Shown: positions 17,553 to 25,007 of the stretch, one piece after another
How positions within the stretch are numbered: position 1 is the stretch's first letter
How the letters are laid out: every line of letters begins with the position of its first letter
Source: Planctopirus limnophila DSM 3776
GTDB lineage: Bacteria; Planctomycetota; Planctomycetia; Planctomycetales; Planctomycetaceae
Direction: 5' to 3'
Assembly: GCF_000092105.1 (NCBI RefSeq)
Contig: NC_014148.1
Location: 4,200,001 to 4,232,000 of the forward strand
DNA length: 32,000 nucleotides
The notes under the pieces: model-generated
What the model was told of the DNA's origin: nothing
The model's database searches: none
What the model saw: only the letters and a program-made list of their open reading frames with translations
Made by a program: the position numbers and the translations under genes

Positions 17553-17588
17553 GGCGTGACTGATGCCCTTTGATCAGCCACGCCTTTT
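17553..17588 (+). terminator. attenuator/terminator-like hairpin between the precursor A1 and MNIO genes
   Basis: 12-bp stem with 1 mismatch, GGCGTGACTGAT (17553-17564) / ATCAGCCACGCC (17573-17584), an 8-nt loop, then TTTT (17585-17588). Confidence 0.45.
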
Positions 17589-17649
17589 CAATCCCTCCCT
17601 AGGCCGGCTATCCGTCGAGCTGAATGTCCTTCTCCGGAGCGTGCTATTT

Positions 17650-18669
17650 ATGATTTCCCCCAGGCTGGGACACACGAACCTCGGATTAGGGCTGGGTCTA
17701 CGGACCGTCCACTATCCTTACCTGCTCAAACACTGGCCTCCCGTCGACTGGTTCGAAGTGATTTCCGAGAACTTCATGGATTCGCAGGGACGACCTCGCT
17801 ACATCCTCGATCAAATCGCCGAGCGCTACCCGGTCGTGATGCACGGTGTCTCGATGTCAATCGGCAGCACCGATCCGCTCAATCTCGACTATCTTTCAAA
17901 GCTCAAAAAACTCTCCAGGGAAATTGGCGCCCGCTGGATCTCGGACCATCTGTGCTGGACGGGGGTCGCCGGGGTCAACGCACACGATCTACTCCCTATT
18001 CCGCTCAACGAAGAAACTCTCGAACATGTTGTGGGCCGGGTCGACTTTGTGCAGAACTTTCTCGAAAGACCACTCATCCTCGAAAATCCGAGCACCTACG
18101 TAGGCTTCCACGATTCGACAATCACCGAGTGGGACTTTCTCACTCAACTTGCCACCCGCACCGGTTGCGGTCTGCTCCTGGATGTCAACAACGTCTACGT
18201 ATCGAGCGTCAATCACGGCTTCAGTGCCGAGGAGTACATCCGCTCCGTGCCACACGCACATATCGTTCAGTTCCACCTTGCCGGGCATACCGATTGCGGC
18301 ACACACATTGTAGACACCCATGACGACCACGTAATTGACCCGGTCTGGGAACTCTACCGGTTGGCTCACGAGCTCACAGCTGGCGTCTCCACGCTGCTCG
18401 AATGGGATGCCAACATTCCCGAGTTCCCAGTCGTGCACGCCGAAGTACTCAAAGCTCGCAGGTTCATGGAGGCCACCCCGTCCCTCGCTCCAGGCCGTGC
18501 GATGAAGGACGACCGCCGCACCAATGGCTCCATTCCAGAGCATCACCGGGATCAGCCGGAAAGCCGGAATCACAAAGAACGTGTCATCTCGAATCCGCTG
18601 TCGTTTGTCGTGAACCGCGACAACGAAGAAAACAGTCTCGACGCCGAACTCGAAACACATCTCGGCTAA
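17650..18669 (+). CDS. DUF692 / MNIO (multinuclear non-heme iron-dependent oxidative enzyme) family RiPP maturase, MbnB/BufB/HvfB-like
   Basis: '[15 protein letters not shown]', '[10 protein letters not shown]', 'HGVSMSIGS', 'ISDHLCWTG', '[10 protein letters not shown]', '[10 protein letters not shown]', 'QFHLAGH' and 'LLEWDANIP' form the UPF0276/DUF692 TIM-barrel pattern. The ORF opens at 17563, but that ATG lies inside the upstream hairpin, so ATG 17650 is preferred. Confidence 0.9.
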   Translation: MISPRLGHTNLGLGLGLRTVHYPYLLKHWPPVDWFEVISENFMDSQGRPRYILDQIAERYPVVMHGVSMSIGSTDPLNLDYLSKLKKLSREIGARWISDHLCWTGVAGVNAHDLLPIPLNEETLEHVVGRVDFVQNFLERPLILENPSTYVGFHDSTITEWDFLTQLATRTGCGLLLDVNNVYVSSVNHGFSAEEYIRSVPHAHIVQFHLAGHTDCGTHIVDTHDDHVIDPVWELYRLAHELTAGVSTLLEWDANIPEFPVVHAEVLKARRFMEATPSLAPGRAMKDDRRTNGSIPEHHRDQPESRNHKERVISNPLSFVVNRDNEENSLDAELETHLG

Positions 18670-18734
18670 ACCTCAAACAGACACTCCCGCATTCGTCGGT
18701 TCGACGCGTCCAACCTTCCGGAGACTTACTCAAC

Positions 18735-19331
18735 ATGCCTGTCTGGTTATCGAAATCGGTGAATTACTATCGGCTCGGTGCATCGCTCCTGAATCGTCTG
18801 CAACCCGTGCTGCTGCTCGTTCTGCGGTTGCATTTCGGCTATCAGTTCAGCAAAGGTGGCTGGGGGAAGCTGGCGAACCTCCAATCGACCAGCGAGTTTT
18901 TCGCCGGCCTGGGGATCCCCGCACCGGGTATCAACGCCGTCATGGCCGGCATGACGGAACTCGTGGGAGGCGCGTGCCTGCTGCTGGGTCTCTTCTCGCG
19001 TGTCAGTACGATCCCGCTCATCGGCACCATGCTGGTCGCCTATGTGACGGCCCATCCCGACGAATTGCGTGCCCTGTTCGGAAACACCAACCTCTTCCTT
19101 AAAGCACCACCTTTTCTATTTCTGCTGACTTCAATGCTCGTACTGCTGTTCGGTCCCGGCTGCTTTTCGGTCGACTGGTGTCTGGCCCGCTTCCTCGACC
19201 GACAGACGACGATTGGCACCGGGATGTCTGCTGCGACACCGCCTCCCACGATGTCGGCCGACGACATGATGTCAGGTGCCTCGCCGATGCGACCTCCCTT
19301 GACCGCCGACATGAAACCCGGCTCTCGCTGA
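18735..19331 (+). CDS. DoxX family membrane protein with Met-rich C-terminal tail
   Basis: 'LLLVLRLHFGYQFSKGGWGKL', 'FFAGLGIPAPGINAVMAGMTELVGGACLLLGLFSR' and 'IGTMLVAYVTAH' are typical of DoxX. ATG 18735 is preferred because the upstream in-frame extension to 18402 is not protein-like. Confidence 0.85.
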   Translation: MPVWLSKSVNYYRLGASLLNRLQPVLLLVLRLHFGYQFSKGGWGKLANLQSTSEFFAGLGIPAPGINAVMAGMTELVGGACLLLGLFSRVSTIPLIGTMLVAYVTAHPDELRALFGNTNLFLKAPPFLFLLTSMLVLLFGPGCFSVDWCLARFLDRQTTIGTGMSAATPPPTMSADDMMSGASPMRPPLTADMKPGSR

Positions 19332-19426
19332 CCTTTCGAAATGGAAACGATGGCCTCCGCACGCGACTTCAGACAGATGAACTTCAGCTCGACATCTCAA
19401 ACGATATCATTTGGAGAATAGCCAGC

Positions 19427-19936
19427 ATGACTTTCGAACATCATCTCACTCATTGCTTGAGTCGTCGGGAACTGAATGCACTTGGCCTCGCCGCCCTGAG
19501 TGGACTGCTCGCAGGCTGCTCAGGAGGCACCGCTCCGGCTCCCGCAGCCAGCACCGCATCGGGAACCAAGCCCGGCGAAACGGCAGCCGAGACCATGTTG
19601 GTTGCTGAGACCGGCAACAACGAAAACAATCTGCTGCTCGATCCCCATGTTTGCCGTGGGATTAACACCTGCAAGAACAAGGGCAAGAAAGGCACTACAA
19701 ACGAGTGTGCAGGCACCGCACATTGCGCCACTGCCGTCGCCCACGACTGCAACGGCTTTAACGAGTGCAAAGGTCAGGGCGGGTGCGGTGAGCACCCAGG
19801 CGAAAACTCCTGCAAAGGGAAAGGGGCCTGCGCCGTTCCCATGACAGACAAGACCTGGCCCAAAGCCCGCAAAAAGTTTGAAGAGCTGATGACCAAAGCC
19901 GGCAAGAAGTTTGGCGAAGCACCACCCAAGACCTAG
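19427..19936 (+). CDS. exported Cys-rich RiPP precursor A2 (paralog of A1; predicted lipoprotein)
   Basis: 'SRRELNALGLAALSGLLAGCSGG' combines an RR n-region with the lipobox LAGC. The core aligns with A1 ('PHVCRGINTCK...NECAGTAHC...HDCNGFNECKGQGGCGEHPGENSCKGKGACAVP') and the Lys-rich tail is shared ('TWPKARKKFEELMTKAGKKFG'). GGAGAA lies 8 nt upstream of ATG 19427. Confidence 0.8.
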   Translation: MTFEHHLTHCLSRRELNALGLAALSGLLAGCSGGTAPAPAASTASGTKPGETAAETMLVAETGNNENNLLLDPHVCRGINTCKNKGKKGTTNECAGTAHCATAVAHDCNGFNECKGQGGCGEHPGENSCKGKGACAVPMTDKTWPKARKKFEELMTKAGKKFGEAPPKT

Positions 19937-19999
19937 GCCTGAGTTTCGAACTCTTGACCAGAGCGGCCGAGGTCCCTCCGAGAAATTGTCCTGCACAGG

Positions 20000-20923
20000 A
20001 TGGTCTCAAACAGATTCGACGAACATCGGATAACCATGCATAGCCTCGAACAAACCTTGTACTGGATGCAGACCGTCATCACGCATCCGCTCGGAGTTGC
20101 CGAAGGCATCGCGTCCACGGCCGCCCGCCGCGTCATCGATATTGACCCTGCGAACGCCGAGGAGGTCGTGACTCGGTCGGAGACACTGTCCGCCGTCCAG
20201 CGGATGGAGATCTACAGCCACGCCTACTACGCCCGGCTGCTCGACTGTCTACGGGAAGAGTTCCCTGCCCTCCGGTACTCTCTGGGAGAAGAACTTTTCG
20301 ACGAGTTCGCCGTGGGTTATCTGCAGGATTATCCCTCCGCCAGTTACACGCTGTTCGAACTCGGGTCGCGTTTTCCCAGATATCTGCGCGAGACCCGACC
20401 CCCTCGCGCCGAATCAACGGTTGGCTCAAGTCAATCAGCCGACTGGGCCGACTTTCTGATCGATCTGGCCGAGTGGGAATTGGTCTTCAATCAGGTATTC
20501 GACGGCCCGGGCCTGGAGTCAAAATCAGCCTTCCAAGTGAACCAACTGCTGCAACTCACGCCAGTTCAGCTGGTCGAAACCCGGCTGTTTGTGTCACCCG
20601 CACTTCGCCTGCTCCGCTTCAAATTTCCCGTCTCCCGCTATTTCTCCGCCTTCCGTCGCCAGGAAATGCCCGAACTTCCCGAACCGGAACAGTCGCTCAT
20701 CGCCATTAGTCGTCGTCGCTTCAAGGTCAAGACCCTTGAGTTGACACCCGCCGCGTATGAGATTCTTTACGCTTTGATTCAGGGCCAGACGATTGGTGAT
20801 GCGATCGCTGCCGCCGCTCCATACACCGATCTCCACGCCGCTTCATTTGGCGACGAACTGAGAACCTGGTTCCACCAGTGGGCGGAGCTCGGCTTCTTCG
20901 AATTCGCCCTCATCCCCGATTGA
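20000..20923 (+). CDS. DUF2063 family protein (MbnC/BufC/HvfC-like RiPP maturation partner)
   Basis: 'LSAVQRMEIYSHAYYARLLDCLREEFPALRYSLGEELFDEFAVGYLQDYPSASYTLFELGSRFPRYL' is the conserved DUF2063 N-terminal domain. It always partners DUF692 in methanobactin-like and bufferin-like clusters. An alternative start is ATG 20036. Confidence 0.85.
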   Translation: MVSNRFDEHRITMHSLEQTLYWMQTVITHPLGVAEGIASTAARRVIDIDPANAEEVVTRSETLSAVQRMEIYSHAYYARLLDCLREEFPALRYSLGEELFDEFAVGYLQDYPSASYTLFELGSRFPRYLRETRPPRAESTVGSSQSADWADFLIDLAEWELVFNQVFDGPGLESKSAFQVNQLLQLTPVQLVETRLFVSPALRLLRFKFPVSRYFSAFRRQEMPELPEPEQSLIAISRRRFKVKTLELTPAAYEILYALIQGQTIGDAIAAAAPYTDLHAASFGDELRTWFHQWAELGFFEFALIPD

Positions 20924-21074
20924 TTATCGAGGCCGTTTGACGTTTCACTACCTGGCACAGTCACTTCAGCACTCGCAACTTTCATCCATCTTATGGCAGT
21001 TCCCTCCCGAGCTTATGTCAAAGGTTAGGTTCATTCTCGATCAGCACCAGGCGGTAACCTGGAAACATCGCTTG

Positions 21075-21107
21075 GTGTGCCACGCTTGCAGCTTTGGGGC
21101 AAACATT
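21075..21107 (+). repeat. REP-A repeat, degenerate copy
   Basis: GTGTGCCACGCTTGCAGCTTTGGGGCAAACATT compared with GTGTGCCATGCTTGCAGCTTTGGGGCAAGCATG at 12575 gives 30/33 identity. The stem is degraded. Confidence 0.7.
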
Positions 21108-21241
21108 CTCCTGTGAATTTCAAGGCATCATTTCAAGTTGTGACTCGTATCATTCGTTTTGAATCCACATCTCGATAAGGTGCGATCGCCCGAACACTCT
21201 GGTTATGATCTGCCGAATCTGTTCAACACAGGAAATCGGCT

Positions 21242-22120
21242 ATGACCAGAACTTCGATTCGTCCTCTGACCTTCCCCGAAGTGGAACAGCTCGTCAACTG
21301 GGCGGCTCTGGAGGGATGGAACCCGGGCGTTCATGATGCAGCCAACTTCTGGGCCGCTGATCCTGAAGGGTTTCTAGGCCTTGAAGTCGATGGCGAACTG
21401 GCGGGAGGCGGGAGTGTTGTCCGCCACAACCCCCACTTCGGCTTCATGGGGCTGTTCATCCTCCGCCCCGAGTTTCGCGGCCAGGGCCTGGGCGAACAGT
21501 TGTGGTATGCCCGCCGGGATCATCTGCTGGCCAGACTCACACCGTTACCAGAAACCACTTCAGGAACGATCGGCCTCGATGCCGTCACCAACATGATTCC
21601 CTTCTATGCCAAAGGCGGGTTTGTGCCCCAATATCGACATTGCCGGTACGAGGCCCAGGCCCATTCGTTGCCAGTGGTTGCGAAGGCGAGTGAGATTGTC
21701 GAATTGGATTCCATTCCTAGAGAACGGATCGAAGTTTTGGATGCTCGCTGTTTTCCCGGTGCACGCCCGAATTTCCTGAATCGCTGGCTGACACAACCGG
21801 GGATTGTTTCACTCGCATGGCAGGAGGGAAAAAACCTTCGTGGCTACAGTCTTTTGCGGCGTTGCCGAGTGGGTTGGAAGCTGGCTCCTTTGTATGCCGA
21901 GACCCCTGAAATTGCCCGGGCGCTGTTGCTCACCAGCTTTCAGCATACCGAAGGACAATCGCTGCTCATGGATGTTCCCGAGAACAACCAGGCTGCGATT
22001 GAACTCTGTCAAAGTCTCGGGATGACTCAGATCTTTGAATGTACACGTATGTATTTCGGCCCCATCCCAACGCTCGCGCATGAGCAGATCTTCGGGATCA
22101 CGTCTTTAGAACTGGGTTAA
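21242..22120 (+). CDS. GNAT family N-acetyltransferase with C-terminal YitH-like domain
   Basis: 'GFMGLFILRPEFRGQGLGEQLW' is the acetyl-CoA binding motif A (R/Q-x-x-G-x-G/A). An N-terminal GNAT fold is followed by a ~130-aa C-terminal extension. Confidence 0.8.
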   Translation: MTRTSIRPLTFPEVEQLVNWAALEGWNPGVHDAANFWAADPEGFLGLEVDGELAGGGSVVRHNPHFGFMGLFILRPEFRGQGLGEQLWYARRDHLLARLTPLPETTSGTIGLDAVTNMIPFYAKGGFVPQYRHCRYEAQAHSLPVVAKASEIVELDSIPRERIEVLDARCFPGARPNFLNRWLTQPGIVSLAWQEGKNLRGYSLLRRCRVGWKLAPLYAETPEIARALLLTSFQHTEGQSLLMDVPENNQAAIELCQSLGMTQIFECTRMYFGPIPTLAHEQIFGITSLELG

Positions 22121-22130
22121 CGACAAGAGT

Positions 22131-22525
22131 GCAGATCACCTGAGGCTACTCGCTGTGTGCCATGCTTGCGGCGGGTGGCCCGGCCAACTCGTGGCCGGGT
22201 CATCGTGCGGAGCCACGACGACAAGACGCCGCGCCATGCGCATGTCCTGCCACCACTCTTCTCTCGCTTTTGGGTGGCACGCCCTGCAGGCTTTGCGGAA
22301 GGGCGTGGTCTTTGTGTCATTTCACGCCGAATTCGATGTCAGGTCGGGTGGCAGGGGTCGAATGTCTTCATTCGCCACCTGGTCAATCGACTTCACCAGC
22401 ACAAATGCATCTGAAAACATGTTTCATGACGTTTGAGGAACTTCGCCATGTACGATCAGCTTCCAATGATCTGGGGGCAAACGAAGACGTTTGACCCCAG
22501 GCACGCAGATCACTTGAGGCTACTC
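22131..22525. repeat. composite intergenic repeat cluster bounded by 21-bp direct repeats
   Basis: DR GCAGATCACCTGAGGCTACTC (22131-22151) and GCAGATCACTTGAGGCTACTC (22505-22525). Inside are a REP-A 5' half (22155-22172), the hairpin CCCGGCCA/TGGCCGGG (22179-22199), a REP-B-like copy (22346-22376) and an inverted REP-B copy (22471-22500). Confidence 0.7.
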
Positions 22526-23944
22526 AATCACCCGGCTGGCCACAGGCTGTGCGTAATCCGCCCAGAGCTGGTCGATGACGGCGGCCTCAGGCTTGCCCGT
22601 ATGTGTGAAAAATCGAAAGCGGGTGACATAAGGCTTCCCCGGTTCGATCTCAAAAGGGCCCAAAGGTGCCGGTGTGACCGAAAGGTAAGGCATGTTGGGA
22701 TGCAGCCGGACAGGTTGCGGGAAGCGAAAATTCGACGGATGGTCGAGAACCGCAATCCCGCCCCAGGGAGCAGGTGACGTCGCTGGCTCTTGGGTACCGT
22801 TTATCGCTGGAGTCGCCTTTAATGCTGCCGGCGATTGAGGGACGGGAGTGACTGGGAAAGGGCCGGAAAGATCGCACCAGTGAGGCCGCGTATGGTTCCC
22901 ATTGGCTCGTGTTTTGCCTTCGCTGGTCAGGAATTCGCCACCGTCGGCGATATTCCACTCGTCGCGTCCACGCAGGCATAAGCCACCGTAATCATGCTTC
23001 AAGAGTTTGAGAGGAGACTCCGTCGCACAGGTGAGGGTCGATTGCCAGTCGAAGAGAAATCCATCCGTTCGATGGAACACTTTGACTTCCCAAACCTCAT
23101 GCAGTGCGACTCGAGGGCCGTCTTCCGGAGTCTGATCCACATGTTCGAGACGGGCTTTGAAGCGGATAAAGACCGGGCCCACCTGGACATCGTCCAAACG
23201 CACATTCCGGACAAGCCCCTGCTCTTTATGACTGTTCCAGAAATCAACCTTGCGGCCCTCAAACTCGGCATTCACCCAGGCGAACATGAGGGCGTGCTGA
23301 TGCATATGGTCAGCGGGCATCGCCTCCGTGACCGCGCGGCCAGCCGGGTCAAAGATTGGATGAATAAACCCGCTGCGAGCATAGAACGGCTTGGCAGGAT
23401 CAGCCGAGGGCATGACCGCCTGCTGATACTTGAGGACTGGCAAGCCTTCGACCGAGATGGCCAAAGCCTGCCCATCAACAGCAGCGGTCATGTCGGGAGC
23501 GGGAGCATTGGTGCCGTCTTCAGCTTTTGAATTGTCAGAATCAACCGCAGTAAGCCGATACCTCCGAGTTTCGCCAGCCGGAAGATGATCAAGCATCCAC
23601 CAGACCTTCAGCGGCGAACCTGCTTCAATCTGGCAGGGAATAGACTTACCGATGGCAGCATCACCACTCCCTGTGACCTCCCTTAATGAAAGCTCTTTCG
23701 CCTTTTGCAGTGCCGCAGGTACTTCAACACATAGTGGCATCGCTGCCCGATCGACTTGGCCCGAAGAAATTTCCACGACCAGACAAGCCTGGTCAGTGGC
23801 CTGGGCCACAGTGTTAAGAGTAAGACACTGCAATAACATCGAAATCTTGAAGATGAGAATGAGCGATTGACTAAAGGTAAGTTCTCGAGTGATTTGCGTC
23901 ATATCGTACTTCTTCAAGAGACGCCCAAAGACAACTAACATCAT
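22520..23944 (-). CDS. PmoA-like DUF6807 family protein with N-terminal extension and signal peptide
   Basis: 'FYARSGFIHPIFDPAGRAVTEAMPADHMHQHALMFAWVN' and 'DFWN' match my recollection of the planctomycete/verrucomicrobial DUF6807 (methane monooxygenase PmoA-like) family. The likely start is ATG 23902 ('MTQITRELTFSQSLILIFKISMLLQCLTLNTVAQA'). Confidence 0.75.
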   Translation of the reverse strand: MMLVVFGRLLKKYDMTQITRELTFSQSLILIFKISMLLQCLTLNTVAQATDQACLVVEISSGQVDRAAMPLCVEVPAALQKAKELSLREVTGSGDAAIGKSIPCQIEAGSPLKVWWMLDHLPAGETRRYRLTAVDSDNSKAEDGTNAPAPDMTAAVDGQALAISVEGLPVLKYQQAVMPSADPAKPFYARSGFIHPIFDPAGRAVTEAMPADHMHQHALMFAWVNAEFEGRKVDFWNSHKEQGLVRNVRLDDVQVGPVFIRFKARLEHVDQTPEDGPRVALHEVWEVKVFHRTDGFLFDWQSTLTCATESPLKLLKHDYGGLCLRGRDEWNIADGGEFLTSEGKTRANGNHTRPHWCDLSGPFPVTPVPQSPAALKATPAINGTQEPATSPAPWGGIAVLDHPSNFRFPQPVRLHPNMPYLSVTPAPLGPFEIEPGKPYVTRFRFFTHTGKPEAAVIDQLWADYAQPVASRVIE

Positions 23945-23982
23945 CGGGAATTGGTCAAAGGCAATAGGCCGTGTAGCTCAGT

Positions 23983-24022
23983 AAAAAAGCCCACCTCTAG
24001 CAATGATAGCATGAGGCGGGCT
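23983..24022 (-). terminator. intrinsic terminator of frr
   Basis: On the minus strand, the stem AGCCCGCCTC / GAGGTGGGCT (10 bp, 1 mismatch) with a 15-nt loop is followed by TTTTTT (plus-strand A-run 23983-23988). It lies about 50 nt after the frr stop. Confidence 0.65.
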
Positions 24023-24069
24023 TGTTGTGTTTGATGGCAGTGATCATATCGGCCAGCAGGTGATCACTC

Positions 24070-24630
24070 CTACTGCTCCATCACTTCCTTTTCCTTCGCT
24101 TCCGCGACGGTGTTGACTTTGCCTTCGTACTTCTTGGTCAGCTCCTGAACCGACTCTTTGGTCGATTCGTGGATGTCTTCGCTCATCAGCTTGTCTTTCA
24201 GAGCGGTGTCGGCGTGCTTGTTGGCGTCGCGGCGGATGTTGCGAATGGCCACGCGGGCATCCTCGGCCATTTCCTTCACACGAGCCACAATCTGCTTGCG
24301 GCGTTCGGTCGAAAGCGGTGGCACGTTAAGTCTGATCACACGGCCGTCGTTATTGGGGGCCAGGCCCACATCGCTCGCCTGAATCGCCTTGCCGATTTCA
24401 CTGAGAATCGACTGATCAAACGGCTTGATCATGATCTGCTGCGGCTCGGGAACACTCACTGTCGCCAACTGCTTGATAGGCGTCGGTGATCCGTAATACT
24501 CCACTCGAATGGAATCAACGAGACTGGCATTCGCCCGACCTGTCCGCAAGCCCACCAACTGGTCTTGCAGCACCTGCGCGGCCTTGTCCATGCGTTCTTC
24601 AGCATCGAATAGAATTTCATCGGGATCCAT
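24070..24630 (-). CDS. frr: ribosome recycling factor
   Basis: 'LFDAEERMDKAAQVLQDQLVGLRTGRANASLVDSIRVEYYGSPTPIKQLATVSVPEPQQIMIKPFD' and 'NDGRVIRLNVPPLSTERRKQIVARVKEMAEDARVAIRNIRRD' are canonical RRF. ATG 24630 gives 186 aa and has a GAGAGG RBS, while the ORF opens at 24657. Confidence 0.95.
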   Translation of the reverse strand: MDPDEILFDAEERMDKAAQVLQDQLVGLRTGRANASLVDSIRVEYYGSPTPIKQLATVSVPEPQQIMIKPFDQSILSEIGKAIQASDVGLAPNNDGRVIRLNVPPLSTERRKQIVARVKEMAEDARVAIRNIRRDANKHADTALKDKLMSEDIHESTKESVQELTKKYEGKVNTVAEAKEKEVMEQ

Positions 24631-24767
24631 GAAAGTGCCTCTCAAAAGCTTGGGCATCCAAAGTTGATCAGAACCAGAACTTCAGAGAATACTCTTTTGT
24701 GTGACTGGCGGAAAGTCGCCAGCCCGTGCTTCGACAGGCAGACCAAACCCAGACCGTCAACAAGGCT

Positions 24768-24934
24768 TACGGCTGGGTGGCTGGGGTCAAACGTCCTCGT
24801 TTGCCCCCAGGTCGATTGATGTTACTTGTTCGTGGCAATTGTGCTGGTGAGTTGTGAGAAATTTTACGGATGCATTCATGCTGGTGAACTCGATTGACCT
24901 GGGGGCGGATGCAGACATCCGACCCCAGCCACCC
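24768..24934. repeat. MITE-like element: two inverted REP-B units (~45-bp terminal inverted repeats) around a ~70-bp core
   Basis: The left arm GGGTGGCTGGGGTCAAACGTCCTCGTTTGCCCCCAGGTCGATTGA compares with the reverse complement of the right arm GGGTGGCTGGGGTCGGATGTCTGCATCCGCCCCCAGGTCAATCGA. The inner stems differ but are each self-complementary. Confidence 0.7.
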
Positions 24935-25007
24935 AATCACGTTGCTACACGGTTACACAAAAACCGGATTTCCAGCCACACGGATGCTATTTTCTAGCTG
25001 GAAAACA

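Noticed and set aside
17989-18660. 223-aa ORF on the - strand, plus + frame ORFs 17846..18103 and 17952..18323
   Set aside because: They overlap the DUF692 gene, whose frame carries all the family motifs, and their sequences are not protein-like.
18402-18734. Upstream in-frame extension of the DoxX ORF overlapping the MNIO 3' end, and similarly 19178..19426 upstream of precursor A2
   Set aside because: The extensions are Arg/Ser/His-rich and would bury the signal peptide or first TM helix. Internal ATGs at 18735 and 19427 give canonical N-termini, and 19427 has a GGAGAA RBS. I considered a programmed frameshift or fusion but found no slippery site.
22155-22494. Three overlapping + strand ORFs (93, 85 and 110 aa) and 22117..22320 (-) in the GNAT/DUF6807 spacer
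   Set aside because: All frames are open because of GC-rich repeat sequence. They start inside the REP-A box ('MCHACGG') and are Arg/Pro/Cys-rich and not protein-like.
23968-23983. GGCCGTGTAGCTCAGT, which resembles the 5' acceptor/D-arm of a tRNA
   Set aside because: The downstream sequence lacks the D-loop continuation, anticodon arm and T-arm (no GGTTCGAATCC-like box). A 16-nt match is probably chance, and the following hairpin is better explained as the frr terminator.
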